The position numbers and the translations under genes are program-made. Below are positions 28,500 through 40,845 of a DNA stretch of 64,000 bases, piece after piece; position 1 is the stretch's first letter, and every line of letters starts with the position of its first letter. The notes under the pieces were generated by a model. It had not been told where the DNA came from, searched no databases, and saw only the letters and a program-made list of their open reading frames with translations. Source of the DNA: Octopus sinensis (lineage: Eukaryota); NCBI RefSeq assembly GCF_006345805.1, contig NC_043014.1, positions 19,096,001 to 19,160,000 of the forward strand, written 5' to 3'.

Positions 28500-29650
28500 T
28501 AAATGTGGTAAGAAGCTTGCTTCTGAATCACGTGATTCCGGATTCAGCCCCACTGTGTGGAATTTGGGGTATGAGTCTTCTAATGTACAGTAGGTCTACC
28601 AAAGTGTTGTTAAAGGATTATGTAGACAGACACTGAAAAGAAGCCCGTCAAACATATATATATATATATAATATCTATAAAAGGGAGGATGTGTGTGCGT
28701 GTGTGTGTGTGTACGTGATTGTAATTTATGCACGTCCACAAATTAGCACGCATGTCGCTCCAATTTTAGGAGGACATTTGTCAACACTCTCTCTGGGTTT
28801 TGTCAACTTATTTTTTTCCCCGAGGCATCCGTGGGTAGCGTAAATATCTATTTTCAGACATAGCTTTTAGCCACGAAAAATATCAGCCTTAGCTTTTTGG
28901 ATGGCATATAAGAAAAAAGAAATAAGATAAAGAAAAGTGGAAGAAGGAGGCAGAGAGTTTCACGGGAAAGACAAAATGAGAGAGGGAGAGAAAAAGAGAG
29001 AGTAAGTTATGACGTTCATAAAAAATAAAATGTAAAATGTTTTGTTTTTTGTTTTTGAAAAACACTATATTTTATAATTATAGTATATATACTTTAGTGA
29101 AAATCGTGCGAGTATTAATCTACAAATTTAACAACATTTTCCATTCATTTCTGTTTATGAACGTGTATGCGTGCACAAAACATGCAATAGGTGTACGTAT
29201 GTACGTGTGTGCATGTGTGTTCGTGTCTGTTGCCCATATATATTTATATTATATTATATATATATATATATATATATAATATAACTAATTTCAACGGATT
29301 TCGCCCAAATTTGACGTCTATATTACTTAGTTTGGTTTGAAATAAAAAAACTTGATTAGCTTAATAATCGTAACTTAAACCCGGGCAAGGCCGGGTTATA
29401 CTGCTAGTATATATATATATTATTGTATAGTGATATAAACATGTACGTGAGTCATTGTGTTTTTCTCGCACCACCGCTTGACAACCCGTTCTGGTTTGCT
29501 TACTTCCTCATATCATAGCGGCTCGGATAACAGAGACAGACAGAATAAGTATCACCAGGCTTTATGAAAATAAGTACATTTGTTCTGCTCAAACTTTTAA
29601 GATAGTGACCCAGCATGGCCGCTGTCTAATGACAAACAAGTAAATGTACA
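28500..29650 (+). mobile_element. SINE family B split by a Helitron insertion (halves 28500-28652 and 29450-29650)
   Basis: 5' half tgtggtaagaagcttgc...aagaagcccgtc; 3' half accgcttgacaacc...cagcatggccg...aaacaagtaaa. Confidence 0.7.
28674..29407 (+). mobile_element. Non-autonomous Helitron
   Basis: A|TCtataaaag ... subterminal GC-rich hairpin aacccgg-gcaagg-ccgggtt (29378-29397) then CTAG|T; inserted in (TA)n. Confidence 0.8.
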
Positions 29651-29914
29651 AAGACAACGCATTTAATAAGATGATCCTAATTATATCATGTCTAAATAAA
29701 ATACATGGGATCATATGAAACACCTTTGTTCCTATGTCTGCTGAACCAACTAAAAGGTAGTAAAATGCCGCTAAAGTGTCTCATGGAATATATTTGCTTT
29801 TGTTTTATATCCTATCTAAGTTGAGTATTTTCCTTTACGTTCAAAGGGTTCTTTTTCAATCATTTCCGTGTGTCTGTGACGAATATTAAAGAAAAACTAT
29901 TTATTTAAATAAAC

Positions 29915-30082
29915 TGGTTTCAAATATTTGTACAAGGCCAGTAACTGGTATTTATTTCATAGAGCTCGAAAGGATGAAAGGCAAAGTTGACCTCGGAGGA
30001 TTTTGAATTCAGAACATAGACTGACGAAATGCCGCTAAGCATTTTACTCAGCAGGCTAACGATTCTGCCAGCTCGCTGCCTT
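29915..30082 (-). mobile_element. SINE family A
   Basis: gaaaggatgaaaggcaaagttgacctcgg...gctaacgattctgccagctcgctgcctt. Confidence 0.8.
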
Positions 30083-30179
30083 TGTATATTTAAATAGATT
30101 AAAGACACAAAATTTTGAGATAAGCATTATAGACAATTTTTGTGGATTTAGTTTCTCTCTATATTGTGAGTAGATTGGG

Positions 30180-31170
30180 AATTACAGGGAAATACAGGGA
30201 AATTTATATAGAATGTAGCAGATTCGAAGTTTGTGTTTAAACTGACCTAGAAATAGGGAGTGTTTGGTCAAATTGAAAACAGGAAGAGAGGAATGACAAA
30301 GAAAGAAAGAAAAAAAGAGAGAAAAGAGGAGAGAAAGAAAGAATTAAAGAGAAAGAAGATTAGTAAAAACAAAAATAAATAATAAAACCCCTGAAGGTAT
30401 GAATAGAGAGAATAAGGAAAATAAAAAATAAAAATTAAGATATAGGTTGGTCAGTGGTCAGTGGAGGTAGTTTGAAAGTAGGAGTGGGGATAGAGAGAGA
30501 AAGGTATTATAGTATAAATGATAGAGTAATGGAGTGTGGGTTAAGAGGTAGAGAAAGTACTAAGTGTAGTAGTAGCTATTAATTGCGAGGCAAATATATG
30601 AAGAATTAAGAATTAAGGAAATAGTAGTGATAATTATTCTAAGAAAATATTTATGTGAAGATGTATATACATGTATATCAGATAAGTTATAGCGATGTTA
30701 CAAATACAATCTTCGTGTATCATCTTTTCTACATGTGCAGTTATCTAAATTTTGCATGTGTATAAATGTTTACATATACCCACATGCATACCCTCACTCG
30801 TACGTATATACGCGCGTATGGGCGTGTACGTGTATATATGTAAACGAATATAATCAGATGGTTGCATATGAGAGTAACTAGATATGAGTGTAAATTTATT
30901 GGTTAATGGGATTACCTAAGAATTAAAGCGGAAATTTACCGTATGGTCATTTTGGCATTTGGCTTTGTGATAGAATTTAAATGTGTGATAAAAGCGATGG
31001 TTGCATGTGCTTAATGCCTCGTTATGTTTATTAAGCAGTGTTGGAGAGTTCTGCTTTAATATTTGAAGTGCCTCCTTCAGACAAAGCTTGCAGATTGAGC
31101 GTTGACCTCGGTAGGGAAGTCCTGAGTCTATTATAGTCCTAGTATAGGGTATATTTGCATATAGCACTTA
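30180..31170 (-). mobile_element. PLE 3' fragment with GIY-YIG C-terminus (30916-31167) and 3' non-coding region
   Basis: PYRGQRSICKLCLKEALQILK...LLNKHNEALSTCNHR matches the PLE endonuclease tail. Confidence 0.75.
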
Positions 31171-31212
31171 TTCAGCATTATCTGGCACTTTTGGGTCTCA
31201 ATGACACCCTTA

Positions 31213-31251
<39 letters not shown>

Positions 31252-31268
31252 ACGGAGATGTACTTGAA

Positions 31269-31537
31269 TTGCAGCGTGGAAGGTGTTTATAAGCCATTTC
31301 AGAAACACACAAAAACCGTTAGATTCACTTCAACATTTAAATTTAATTTGTCAAAATATTTTCGTCGCTTTGAGACCGCGACCTGTTCAATGACAAAATT
31401 CCGAGATGCAGCATGGAATTTTGTCAGTGAACAGGTCGCGGTCTCAATATTTTGACAAATTAAATTTAAATGTTGAAGTGAATCTAACGGTTTTTGTGTG
31501 TTTCTGAAATGGCTTATGAACACCTTCCGCGCTGCAA
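31269..31537. mobile_element. Near-perfect fold-back element (about 130-bp arms, 12-nt loop) with HHR-like motif at 31345-31400 on the minus strand
   Basis: Arms are reverse complements apart from a roughly 11-nt deletion; motif ttttgtca-TTGAACAG-gtcgc..gcgac-GAAA-atatt-ttgacaaa. Confidence 0.85.
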
Positions 31538-31558
31538 TATGCTATCTCATTTTTTTTT

Positions 31559-31735
31559 AAGGCGGCGAAGTGGCAGAATCGTTAGCACGTCGGGAAAAAT
31601 GCCGCCGATGTCGACTTTGCTTTTCCTCATTTCAAGGTCGATAAAATAAGTGCCAGTTGAGAGCTGGGGATCGATATAATTAACCAGTCGTTTTCCGAGG
31701 GACTACTGGCCTTGCGCCAGAATTTGAAACCAATA
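31559..31735 (+). mobile_element. SINE family A with internal deletion
   Basis: aaggcggcgaagtggcagaatcgttagcacg...gtcgactttgc. Confidence 0.75.
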
Positions 31736-32884
31736 TGTTATCTCATTTTCACTCTGCCTCTCCGTCTGTCTCTCTGTCTGTTTCTCTCTCTCTTTCTCGC
31801 TTATATATATATATATATATACATATACACACATGGTTTTTATATGTATGTATCGAGATCCATATATCAAACCCATATATCCATTAAGCATGACAAGCGT
31901 TGTAACATTGCACTTTGAATTTCTTATTCATGCCAGAAACGTATTTCTTACCAGCGAGAATTGAATATTGTTGACGTCATAAGAATTCATAAAATTGAGA
32001 GAATGTGAAATAATATTTTCTTGAACGGTGCATCTGGAAGCGGATAAGGCTATAAATAATAGCGTATAAATATGCCGTTTGGGTAGAAAAAGGCGAAGGG
32101 TGTCCGTGGGAGTCAAATCCACATTACCTATATACAAGAACGATGTTGATTTTAAATGCAGAATGGAAGGTTTGCTTTGGTCGAGAGGCAAAGCGCTTGT
32201 AGTGCTTAGAGGAGATGTGGGTTTTAATCCAACGAGCAGTCTTCCATTATTCTGTCCAAAGGCTCTTCTTTTACGTAGACAAGTTAACATTGGTTGTCGA
32301 CACAAAACCAAACAATCAACCCACTCTCACACATACACATACGTATACATATGTATGCATGTTTTACCTTTGTGTTTTATCTAAGTTCGTCTTGAGAGAA
32401 TTCAAACCGAGCGCTAACAGAGAGACAAGGCTTCTGGGGTTAAGAGAGTTCCCAGTGTTTGTAAATATGTGGTTGAGTTGGTGTGTTGGTTGAACTGTCG
32501 ATGCATCCACCCAAGTGTGTGCATCTATTCACATAAGACTCGGATGAAGAGTTTTTGGAATGTCATACAAATCCTCACTGTGCCCCGAATAGTTTTGATT
32601 TGGAGAATCTGTGTCAGTTTGTTTGCTCTTTCTCCGTGACGCCGAGTATTCCAAGGTTTTTGTGCAAACTTGTTGGTACATAACCTTATGCTCCAATGAA
32701 GGGAGGTACAAGTGAGAATGTAAGTGCGCATGCATTTATATGCGTTATGTATGTATGAAGGTCTTCTCTTTGGTTTCCATCTACCAAATATTTCACAAGG
32801 ATTTAATCGATCAAAAGTATAGAAGACACATGCGCAAGGTGCCATGCAGTGGGAGTTGACCTAAAATCATGCTTATAATAACAT

Positions 32885-33278
32885 TTCTACTCTAGGCATG
32901 AGGCTGGAAATTTGGGGGAGGGGACTAGACGATTACATCAACCCCAGCTCTTGACTGGTACTTATTTCATCAACCCCGAAAGGATGAAAGGCAAAGTCGA
33001 CCTTGGTGGAATTTGAACTCAGAATGTAGCAACAGACGAAATACCTATTTCTTTACTACCCACAAGGGGCTAAACACAGAGGTGACAAACAAGGACAGAC
33101 AAACGAATTAAGTCGATTATATCGACCGCAGTGCGTAACTAGTACTTAATTTATCGACACCGAAAGGATGAAAGGCAAAGTCGACCTCGGCGGAACTTGA
33201 ACTCAGAACGTAACGGCAGACGAAATACCACTAAGTATTTCGTCCGGTGTGCTAACGATTCTGCCAGCCCGCCGCCTT
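32885..33278 (-). mobile_element. SINE family A, dimeric (one head, two bodies)
   Basis: gaaaggatgaaaggcaaagtcgacct occurs twice, 184 bp apart. Confidence 0.85.
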
Positions 33279-33606
33279 ATCACTACCTGTCGACGCACTT
33301 ACATTTTCTGTGAGTATGTGCCTGGTCAACAGAGACGAGCACAAACTATGTAAAGTTAAAATAACATTGCCTTAGAAAATAATGCATTCAATTAAAAGTG
33401 GATATTTTCTTTTTCAGAGAAGTGGAGTTTTCGAGATGATTTTAAACATTAATATAGTTTTATTATCTTTGACAGGCATTATATGTGAGAGTGTTTGCAT
33501 GTGTAAAAGTGTATATGTATGAATATATGTATATGTATATATCATTAGACATGTAGTTTATATAACTATATTTCTAAATGTGTGTATACATACACATTCA
33601 TATATG

Positions 33607-33654
<48 letters not shown>

Positions 33655-34341
33655 CACTCACACAAACACACACACACACACAAACACACACATACACACA
33701 CATATATATGTATGTATATATTATAAACATACACATGCATGTGCATATATAAATATAATCATACATGTTCATTTTATTTATATATGTATATATATATATT
33801 ATTTCCTATACTTATATTATTATACAAACAGAAGTATGCATGTAATATATTCGCATATACATACAGTACATACATCGATAAACATACAGACGTATGTAAT
33901 CATAAATGTATATATAAATGTACATATATCTGTGTGTGTATCTGTATGTATATGACGATATATGTGTGTATATGTGTGTGCGTATCTGTATGTGTGTGTG
34001 TGTGTGTTATAAATTTCCAATTTTGCATCTGAAGTAATTGAAGTTAACTCAAGTTGGAAGCTTTTAACAATTCCACACAAAAATAACCTTTATTTCTTTT
34101 GTTGTCGCTTATAGATATAGCAAAACAATGAAGCATTATACATTGCGAATCATTATGTTATGGAAATAATTATAAAATTATAAGTGTTTGTTGAAAAATA
34201 ATGTAATGGAGTCATTACTTGTGACAGCCTGTTTTCATGGACATTCTACGTTTAAAATAAAACGTTTTTATGTTTTTCTATATTTTATTTATTTCTTCGA
34301 AAAAAAGAAAATAAAGATCACCATGATCATCTTCATTATTA

Positions 34342-34409
<68 letters not shown>

Positions 34410-34948
34410 GAATGAGCGAGCAGTGCATGCCATCAAAGTGACACTGAGGTAAAATATACGAAGCCCAGTATAACCATCATGACTACCCGTCTGATAAGGG
34501 TACACTAGGCACATACATCACAACCATATATGCGCGACATTGTGATCTCATATCAAGATAAATAGCACATGACCTTGCAAGTGGGGCCCAGTTAGAATTT
34601 TCTTCTGGTCGAGTAACGCATCCCGCTCAAAAGATCCCCGAATAAGGATTGTTTAAGGATGTTGGACGAGCCACCCAAGTTTCGAAAGTGAATTATCCAA
34701 ACCTCTAAGTATTCCTTTCAACACAAGGCTATGATGCTCTCCCACTACTTCTGCTCGTGATCAGAGATACACATATTATCAGCCACTAAGGGACATGCTC
34801 AACTGGTTAAGGTCAAACAACTGTCGTATTGAGCAGAATATTTGCTGTAGCCCATCTCTTATACCAAGACAAAACATGTACATGATAACACTTCCAATCA
34901 GTTAAGATCAGAAGCCATGAGAGCCACTGCTTGATACTGCATCAGGGC

Positions 34949-34950
<2 letters not shown>
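34410..34950. mobile_element. About 540-bp non-coding element inserted in an (ATT)n microsatellite
   Basis: Complex, GC-richer sequence with sharp borders and perfect (ATT)n on both sides; no TIR and no tRNA head. Confidence 0.6.
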
Positions 34951-35018
<68 letters not shown>

Positions 35019-35019
<1 letters not shown>

Positions 35020-35240
35020 GGGTGCCGAGCTGGCAGAATCGTTAGCACGCCGGGCTAAATGCTTAGCGGTATTTGGCCTGTCGCTACATTCTGAGTTCAA
35101 ATTCCGCCGAGGTCGACTTTGCCTGCCATCCTTTCGTGGTCGATGAATTAAGTACCAGTGAAATAGTGGTTTTTCACTGGTATCGACTTAATCCCATCCC
35201 CCAAATTTGAGGCCTTGTGCCTCCAGTAGAAAGGATTATT
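35019..35240 (+). mobile_element. SINE family A
   Basis: gggtgccgagctggcagaatcgttagcacgccggg...ccaaatttgaggccttgtgcctccagtagaaagg. Confidence 0.85.
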
Positions 35241-35970
35241 ATTATTGTTCTTATTATTATTTACATAAAATATAGTAGTAGTAGTAGTAGTAGTAGTATA
35301 TTAGTATAACTGTGATTTTAAACTCTGGCTAAGCCTGGAAGAATTCGATTTTCTTTAGTCTTCCTTGTCTGCATGGAATTGTTGTTGTATCTCAGATTAT
35401 GGTCGCTTTGACGTTTACTGAAACGTATTCTGGCGTGTGACTGTAACGTCTTTTCTCTGTACATTTTTCAGAATACTGATATAATTTCCCACAGTGTGAA
35501 ATTTTCAACCCTGTCATATTTGGATACACATTCGCTTTGACAAAGAATAGGGAGCCAAAAACGATTCCATTGTGTGTATCTTCACAACTTGCATAAATTT
35601 CGCATATAACTTTTGTATTCCGTTTCAATGCAAGTTTTTGAAGTTTTCTGGCCAGGAATTATTGTTCTCGCACCGCAATTGAAATCCTTCTCTCTCAGCT
35701 TTCAGGCATCCACTTCAGTGACAGAGTTAAGGATTTTCTTAATCTTAATATATTTCTGCTTTTTTCAATCTCAGCCACATACGTGGCTGTGTGGTAAGGA
35801 GCTTGCTCCTCAATTCTGCATTTAGTTGCACTACGTGGCACCTTCGACAATTTTTCTACTATAGCCACTTGTAAATGGATTTGGTAGGAGGATCCATTGT
35901 GTGTGTGTGTGTATATATATGTATATATATATACGCATATATATATGTATACATACATACATACATACAC

Positions 35971-36050
<80 letters not shown>

Positions 36051-36212
36051 AATATAGGATAGAGATTTTCGAAAAAAATTCTATCAATGGCCAGTATATT
36101 AAAAATACCTTTAAAGGTTAAATTTATAAACAATTTATAAGTAAGTGCAAAAGAAAAAATTTTCTAATGAAAAAATATGCCGAAAATGGACACTACGTCA
36201 ATAACCATGTAA

Positions 36213-36335
36213 TTTATTACTACAAGTACGTATTTCAAAGAAAGCCGACAGAAATGTCCTAAAAATTCCGTTATTAACATATCGGACCCGATTTCAGAGT
36301 TAGTTCATAAGACCCTTCTCTTCATCAGTGATAAA
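36213..36335 (-). ncRNA. HHR-like motif with long stem II insert, in a (TA)n-flanked element (36050-36395)
   Basis: tttatca CTGATGA agagaag..(long insert)..ctttcttt GAAA tacgtactt GTA gtaataaa. Confidence 0.55.
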
Positions 36336-36387
36336 TGCGGTAAAGAAATATGTGAAATACTTACTTACATCCATGAACTTATAAATT

Positions 36388-36424
<37 letters not shown>

Positions 36425-36926
36425 AGAGTTAAAGAATGGAGTATCTACTACTTTTCTTAACTCTGTATTCTTATTCGCTCACCCGGCAACCCCGGTCGCC
36501 TACTGTGAAATATAACAAAAACTTATTCAGTTTATCGTACTTCGATACGAAAAAATCCTTCACCATCCGTCTCAATAAATCACTATTTCCCTGAAAGTTG
36601 TTTTTTTTATATTTACTACGGATTGTTTGAAACTAACTTTTTACCTATACCTCGATCCCTGGATCTTATATTTGTAAATGTATATACGTATGTGTGTGTG
36701 TGTGTGTATGTGTGCTTGTGCGTGTGTGCATGTGTGCGTGCGTGCGTGATTGACAACCGGTCCTGGTTTGTTTACATTTCTGTAGCCTAGTGGTTCCGTG
36801 AAAGGAGAGCTATAGAATAAGTCCCAGGCTTTAAAAAAATAAGCAATGGAGCCGATTCATTTGTCTAATAGTGCCCAAGCATGACTGCAGTCTATTGACA
36901 GAGACAGATTGTACATATGCGCGCGC

Positions 36927-36965
<39 letters not shown>

Positions 36966-37631
36966 GAGTGTGTATGTGTGTTCAAGTATCCGTACATATA
37001 AAGAACCAAAAATCAATGTTGGAATACTTAGGAAGGCAAACAATCGTAGATTAAATAGCTTTGCATCACCAATTATACAAAGTCGTGATTCCTCATCGAA
37101 ACCAAAACCCTCATATTACGCACACACACTTACCTACTTTGGGATCGTTAAAACCAAATCGTTTTGAATTCACTTTTGTTTTTATAATTTAACATTTAAC
37201 GTTATGCAAACATAAAACTAAGTAACATCATTAAGTTTGACAACCACTTCGTATTTCGTAAGGTTTCAATACGAAATATTTAAAATTATCCTCAAATCAA
37301 GGAACATGTACTTGTGTTAATATAATTATGGCAACAATGTAAATATTAACAAAGCCATACTGGTACTTAACGACTGGGAATAACGGGAAACAATGAAGTC
37401 ATTCTCAAAAACGTTTTCTTGATGCAAACTTACATGTATACGTTAAACAATAACAATTTGAACGATGAGTATCACACAATTATTGTTGAAGTTATTAATG
37501 ATGTGGATATTCATTTTTAATGTGATGTGACGTCATTTAACACTTGTTTCGCGTGTTTCATTTAGTTTATTCAGCAATATAATGTTGTTTGCTATGACAC
37601 TTGACAATCTGTTCATGTAGCTTATTGATAT

Positions 37632-38043
37632 AGGCGAGGAGTGGCTGTGTGGTAAGTAGCTTGCTTATGGACCACATGGTTCCGGGTTCAGTGCCACTGC
37701 GTCGCACCTTGGGCAAGTGACTTCTACTATAGCCTCGAGCCGACCAAAGTCTTGTGAGTGGATTTGGTTGACGGAAACTGAAAGAAGCCCGTCGCATATA
37801 TGTATATATGTATATATATATATGTGTGTGTGCGTATGATTGTGTGTCTGTGTTTGCCCCCCCCCCCACATCGCTTGACAATCGATGCTGGTGGGTTTAC
37901 GTCCTCGTAACTTAGCGGTTCGGCAAAATAGACCGATAGAATAAGTACTAGGCTTACAAAGGATAAGTCCTGCGGTCGATTTGCTCGACTAAAGGTGGTG
38001 CTCCAGCATGGCCATAGTCAAATGACTGAAACAAGTAAAAGAG
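37632..38043 (+). mobile_element. SINE family B, full length
   Basis: tRNA-like head tggctgtgtggtaag...ggttcagtgcc, CORE-like ttgggcaagtgacttctac, internal (TA)n/(TG)n, tail gactgaaacaagtaaaagag. Confidence 0.9.
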
Positions 38044-38673
38044 TATATGAAAACCGGTTGCGGAGAAGATGCTGTCTGCTTGGAATGGTATGGTAGAGAA
38101 AAAAATCAACTTTCTTGACAACTCTAGAAATAGCAGTAGGATATATCTCACTCCATTCTGATCCCATCTCTACCGTGTATCTACATTAACTGATCAGTAA
38201 ACAATTATAAAACTCAGAAAAATATATTTTCGTAGTTTAATACATAAAACTGGCTGAGACTCTTCTTCTGTACTCCCAAATGATGTCAATATTTCAATCT
38301 GGAATTGTTGTACTACTTTGGTATTTTGCTTTTGTTCATTATTCATCAATGAAACACATTTATAAACATGATCTTACGAGAGAGCCAGTATCGGTAGAGA
38401 CATTTCAGTTGCTTGAAAAATTTTATTCAATCCTTTGATTCTTCCTTTGCTTATAATTCTTTTCCCGACATTGAACTGCAGCCATGCTTCGGAATTGCAT
38501 TGGGGGGTTTTAGTCAAATAAACTGAACCAGTGTTTACGTTTTCCTTAAGTTTTCCCCCTCCTCTCTGTACGTTTACCGCTAAGTTACGAGGGCACAAAC
38601 AAGCCCACACAGGTAGTTGAGTGTTGAGTTTGAGTGAGATACACACATACAATGATACACAGAAATATGTATG

Positions 38674-38733
<60 letters not shown>

Positions 38734-38910
38734 TATATGTATATATATATTTCTTATGTATATATTTCTTAGGCCTCTGGTATTTATAGAGTGTTAAACT
38801 TTTTTTGTATGCAAATTAGGGACTCCTTCATAGAGTAAGTGCTGAATTTGTTGAGAATATAAACAGTTTGGCTGGTTGTTACTCAGGAGACTGTCAGAAT
38901 GCTGTAGACG

Positions 38911-38947
38911 CCTCTGATGAGAACCCAGTAAGGTTCGAAAATCGAGG
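38911..38947 (+). ncRNA. Ultra-minimal HHR-like motif
   Basis: cct CTGATGA gaacc-cagtaa-ggttc GAAA atc gagg; perfect 5-bp stem II, stem III essentially absent. Confidence 0.55.
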
Positions 38948-39035
38948 AAGATTGTTCATAATTTTTTTTCAGTCCGCAGAGGAATGGTTAAAATTTGTCT
39001 TGTTTATAATTTACCATATGTTAATTATATATTAA

Positions 39036-39080
<45 letters not shown>

Positions 39081-39082
39081 CT

Positions 39083-39938
39083 AAGGTTAAGGCATGGAGT
39101 AAATAACATCCGGGGTACATATGTTTCATAGGGAGCGGAGCTTCAGAAATGGTAATTATCAAAGCAAGGTGTATGCCGCAGGTTACTCTTCAGGCGAGGG
39201 ATATCATGATTAAATTTAATTTACATTGTCGAAAGGAATTACATGTTAACACATGTAATCAGAATGTGTAGAGAACACAGTAGGAGAGGATAATATAAAT
39301 GTAGGGTGAAATAAGGATTAAAAGAGGAATATAAGGGTGAGAGGAATATAATGGCCCAGTGGTTAGGGCAGCGGACTCGCGGTTTCGATTCCCAGACCGG
39401 GCGTTGTGAGTGTTTATTGAGCGAAAACACCTAAAGCTCCACGAGGCTCCGGCAGGTATGGTGGTGATCCCTGCTGTACTCTTTCACCACAACTTTCTCT
39501 CACTCTTACTTCCTGTTTCTGTTGAACCTGTATTTCAAAGGGCCGGCCTTGTCACTCTCTGTCTCACGCTGAATATCCCCGAGAACTACGTTAAGGGTGC
39601 ACGTGTCTGTGGAGTGCTCAGCCACTTACACGTTAATTTCACGAGCAGGCTGTTCCGTTGATGGGGTCAACCGGAACCCTCGTCGTCGTAACCGACGGAG
39701 TGCTTCCATTATAAGGGTGAGAAAGGAATGAGGAATTTAAGCAAGGTCATTTGAACAGTAGTATTCAATGGGGCTATTTTAACCGAATCACAGAAATTAG
39801 CAAGTAGAGCGGTGATAGAAAAAATATATTATGGAGGGAAGAGGGTTTTTGGTGGAGAAAGTTTTTGGTCAAGGTCAAAAAAATACATATGCATAAAGAA
39901 AGCAAGAGAGAATGGGGATATATATATATATATATATT

Positions 39939-40031
<93 letters not shown>

Positions 40032-40520
40032 TATCCAGGGATTGGGGTGTAGAAAGAAAGTTATCTGCAAGCAATCCGTAGTAAATGTTAAAAAAAATAT
40101 CATTCAAGGACAATAGGGGTTTCTAAGACAGTACGTTAGGGGGTTTTTTTTCGTATCAAAATACGATAAACTGAAAAAAAATATTTTTATATTTCACGGT
40201 ATGCGACAGGGATTTGTCGGCTGTGTGAATAAGAATAAAAGAGTTAAGGAAAGGAGTAAATAAGATCCGGGCTACATATGTTTCATAGCGAGCAGAACCT
40301 CAGAAGTGGTAAATATCCAAGCGGGGTGCATACTGCAGGTTACTCTTCAGGGCAAGGATATCTTGATTAAACGAAAGTTTATATTGTTGCAAGGAGATAC
40401 ATGTTAACTTATGGAAGATTCAAACAGAATGTGTGTAGTGCATGGTAGGAGATTATAATATAAATGTAGGGAGAAATAAGTATTAAAAGATGGAAAAAAG
40501 AAAATATAAGGGAGTGAGAT
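39083..40520 (-). mobile_element. Two diverged direct copies (39083-39340, 40240-40520) of a PLE terminal repeat, each with an HHR motif (39108-39202, 40265-40359)
   Basis: Both read CTGAAGA gtaacctgc...tat GAAAC atat GTA on the minus strand; palindromic stem III ACATATGT. Confidence 0.7.
39343..39709 (+). mobile_element. tRNA-derived SINE family C, full length, 13-bp TSD
   Basis: A-box tggcccagtggttagg, B-box ggtttcgattccc; perfect TSD tataagggtgaga at 39330-39342 and 39710-39722; 3' stem-loop cgtcg-tcgtaac-cgacg. Confidence 0.9.
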
Positions 40521-40845
40521 AATATAATGTGAAGTGAAGAGGGTGGGGAAATGTTTTTGCTCAAGGTGAGAAAAATATATATGCATGATGAAAGTAAGGG
40601 AAAATGGGAAAGAATCACGGCGGCTACTACTGGTTTTCAAATGAGGAATGTATATTGTGTGCGGTGAGCGTGTTTACAGTATGAAATAGTAGAGGCGTAT
40701 GTTGGCGTCTGTATTTGTAAGTTTAAAGAGGGAGGGAGTAGGAGGGGAGGCAGGCCTCTTGCATCGAATAATTTATTTGTATGATATAAAAATGCTGAAA
40801 AGTTTTTTTAAAAACTTAACAATACAAAGAAGTTAACTGTAAGTT

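Noticed and set aside
32170-32241. tRNA-like relic (tggtcgagagg...gtgggttttaatcc..gagcagtc)
   Set aside because: Only partial A and B boxes and no coherent anticodon arm; too degenerate to call.
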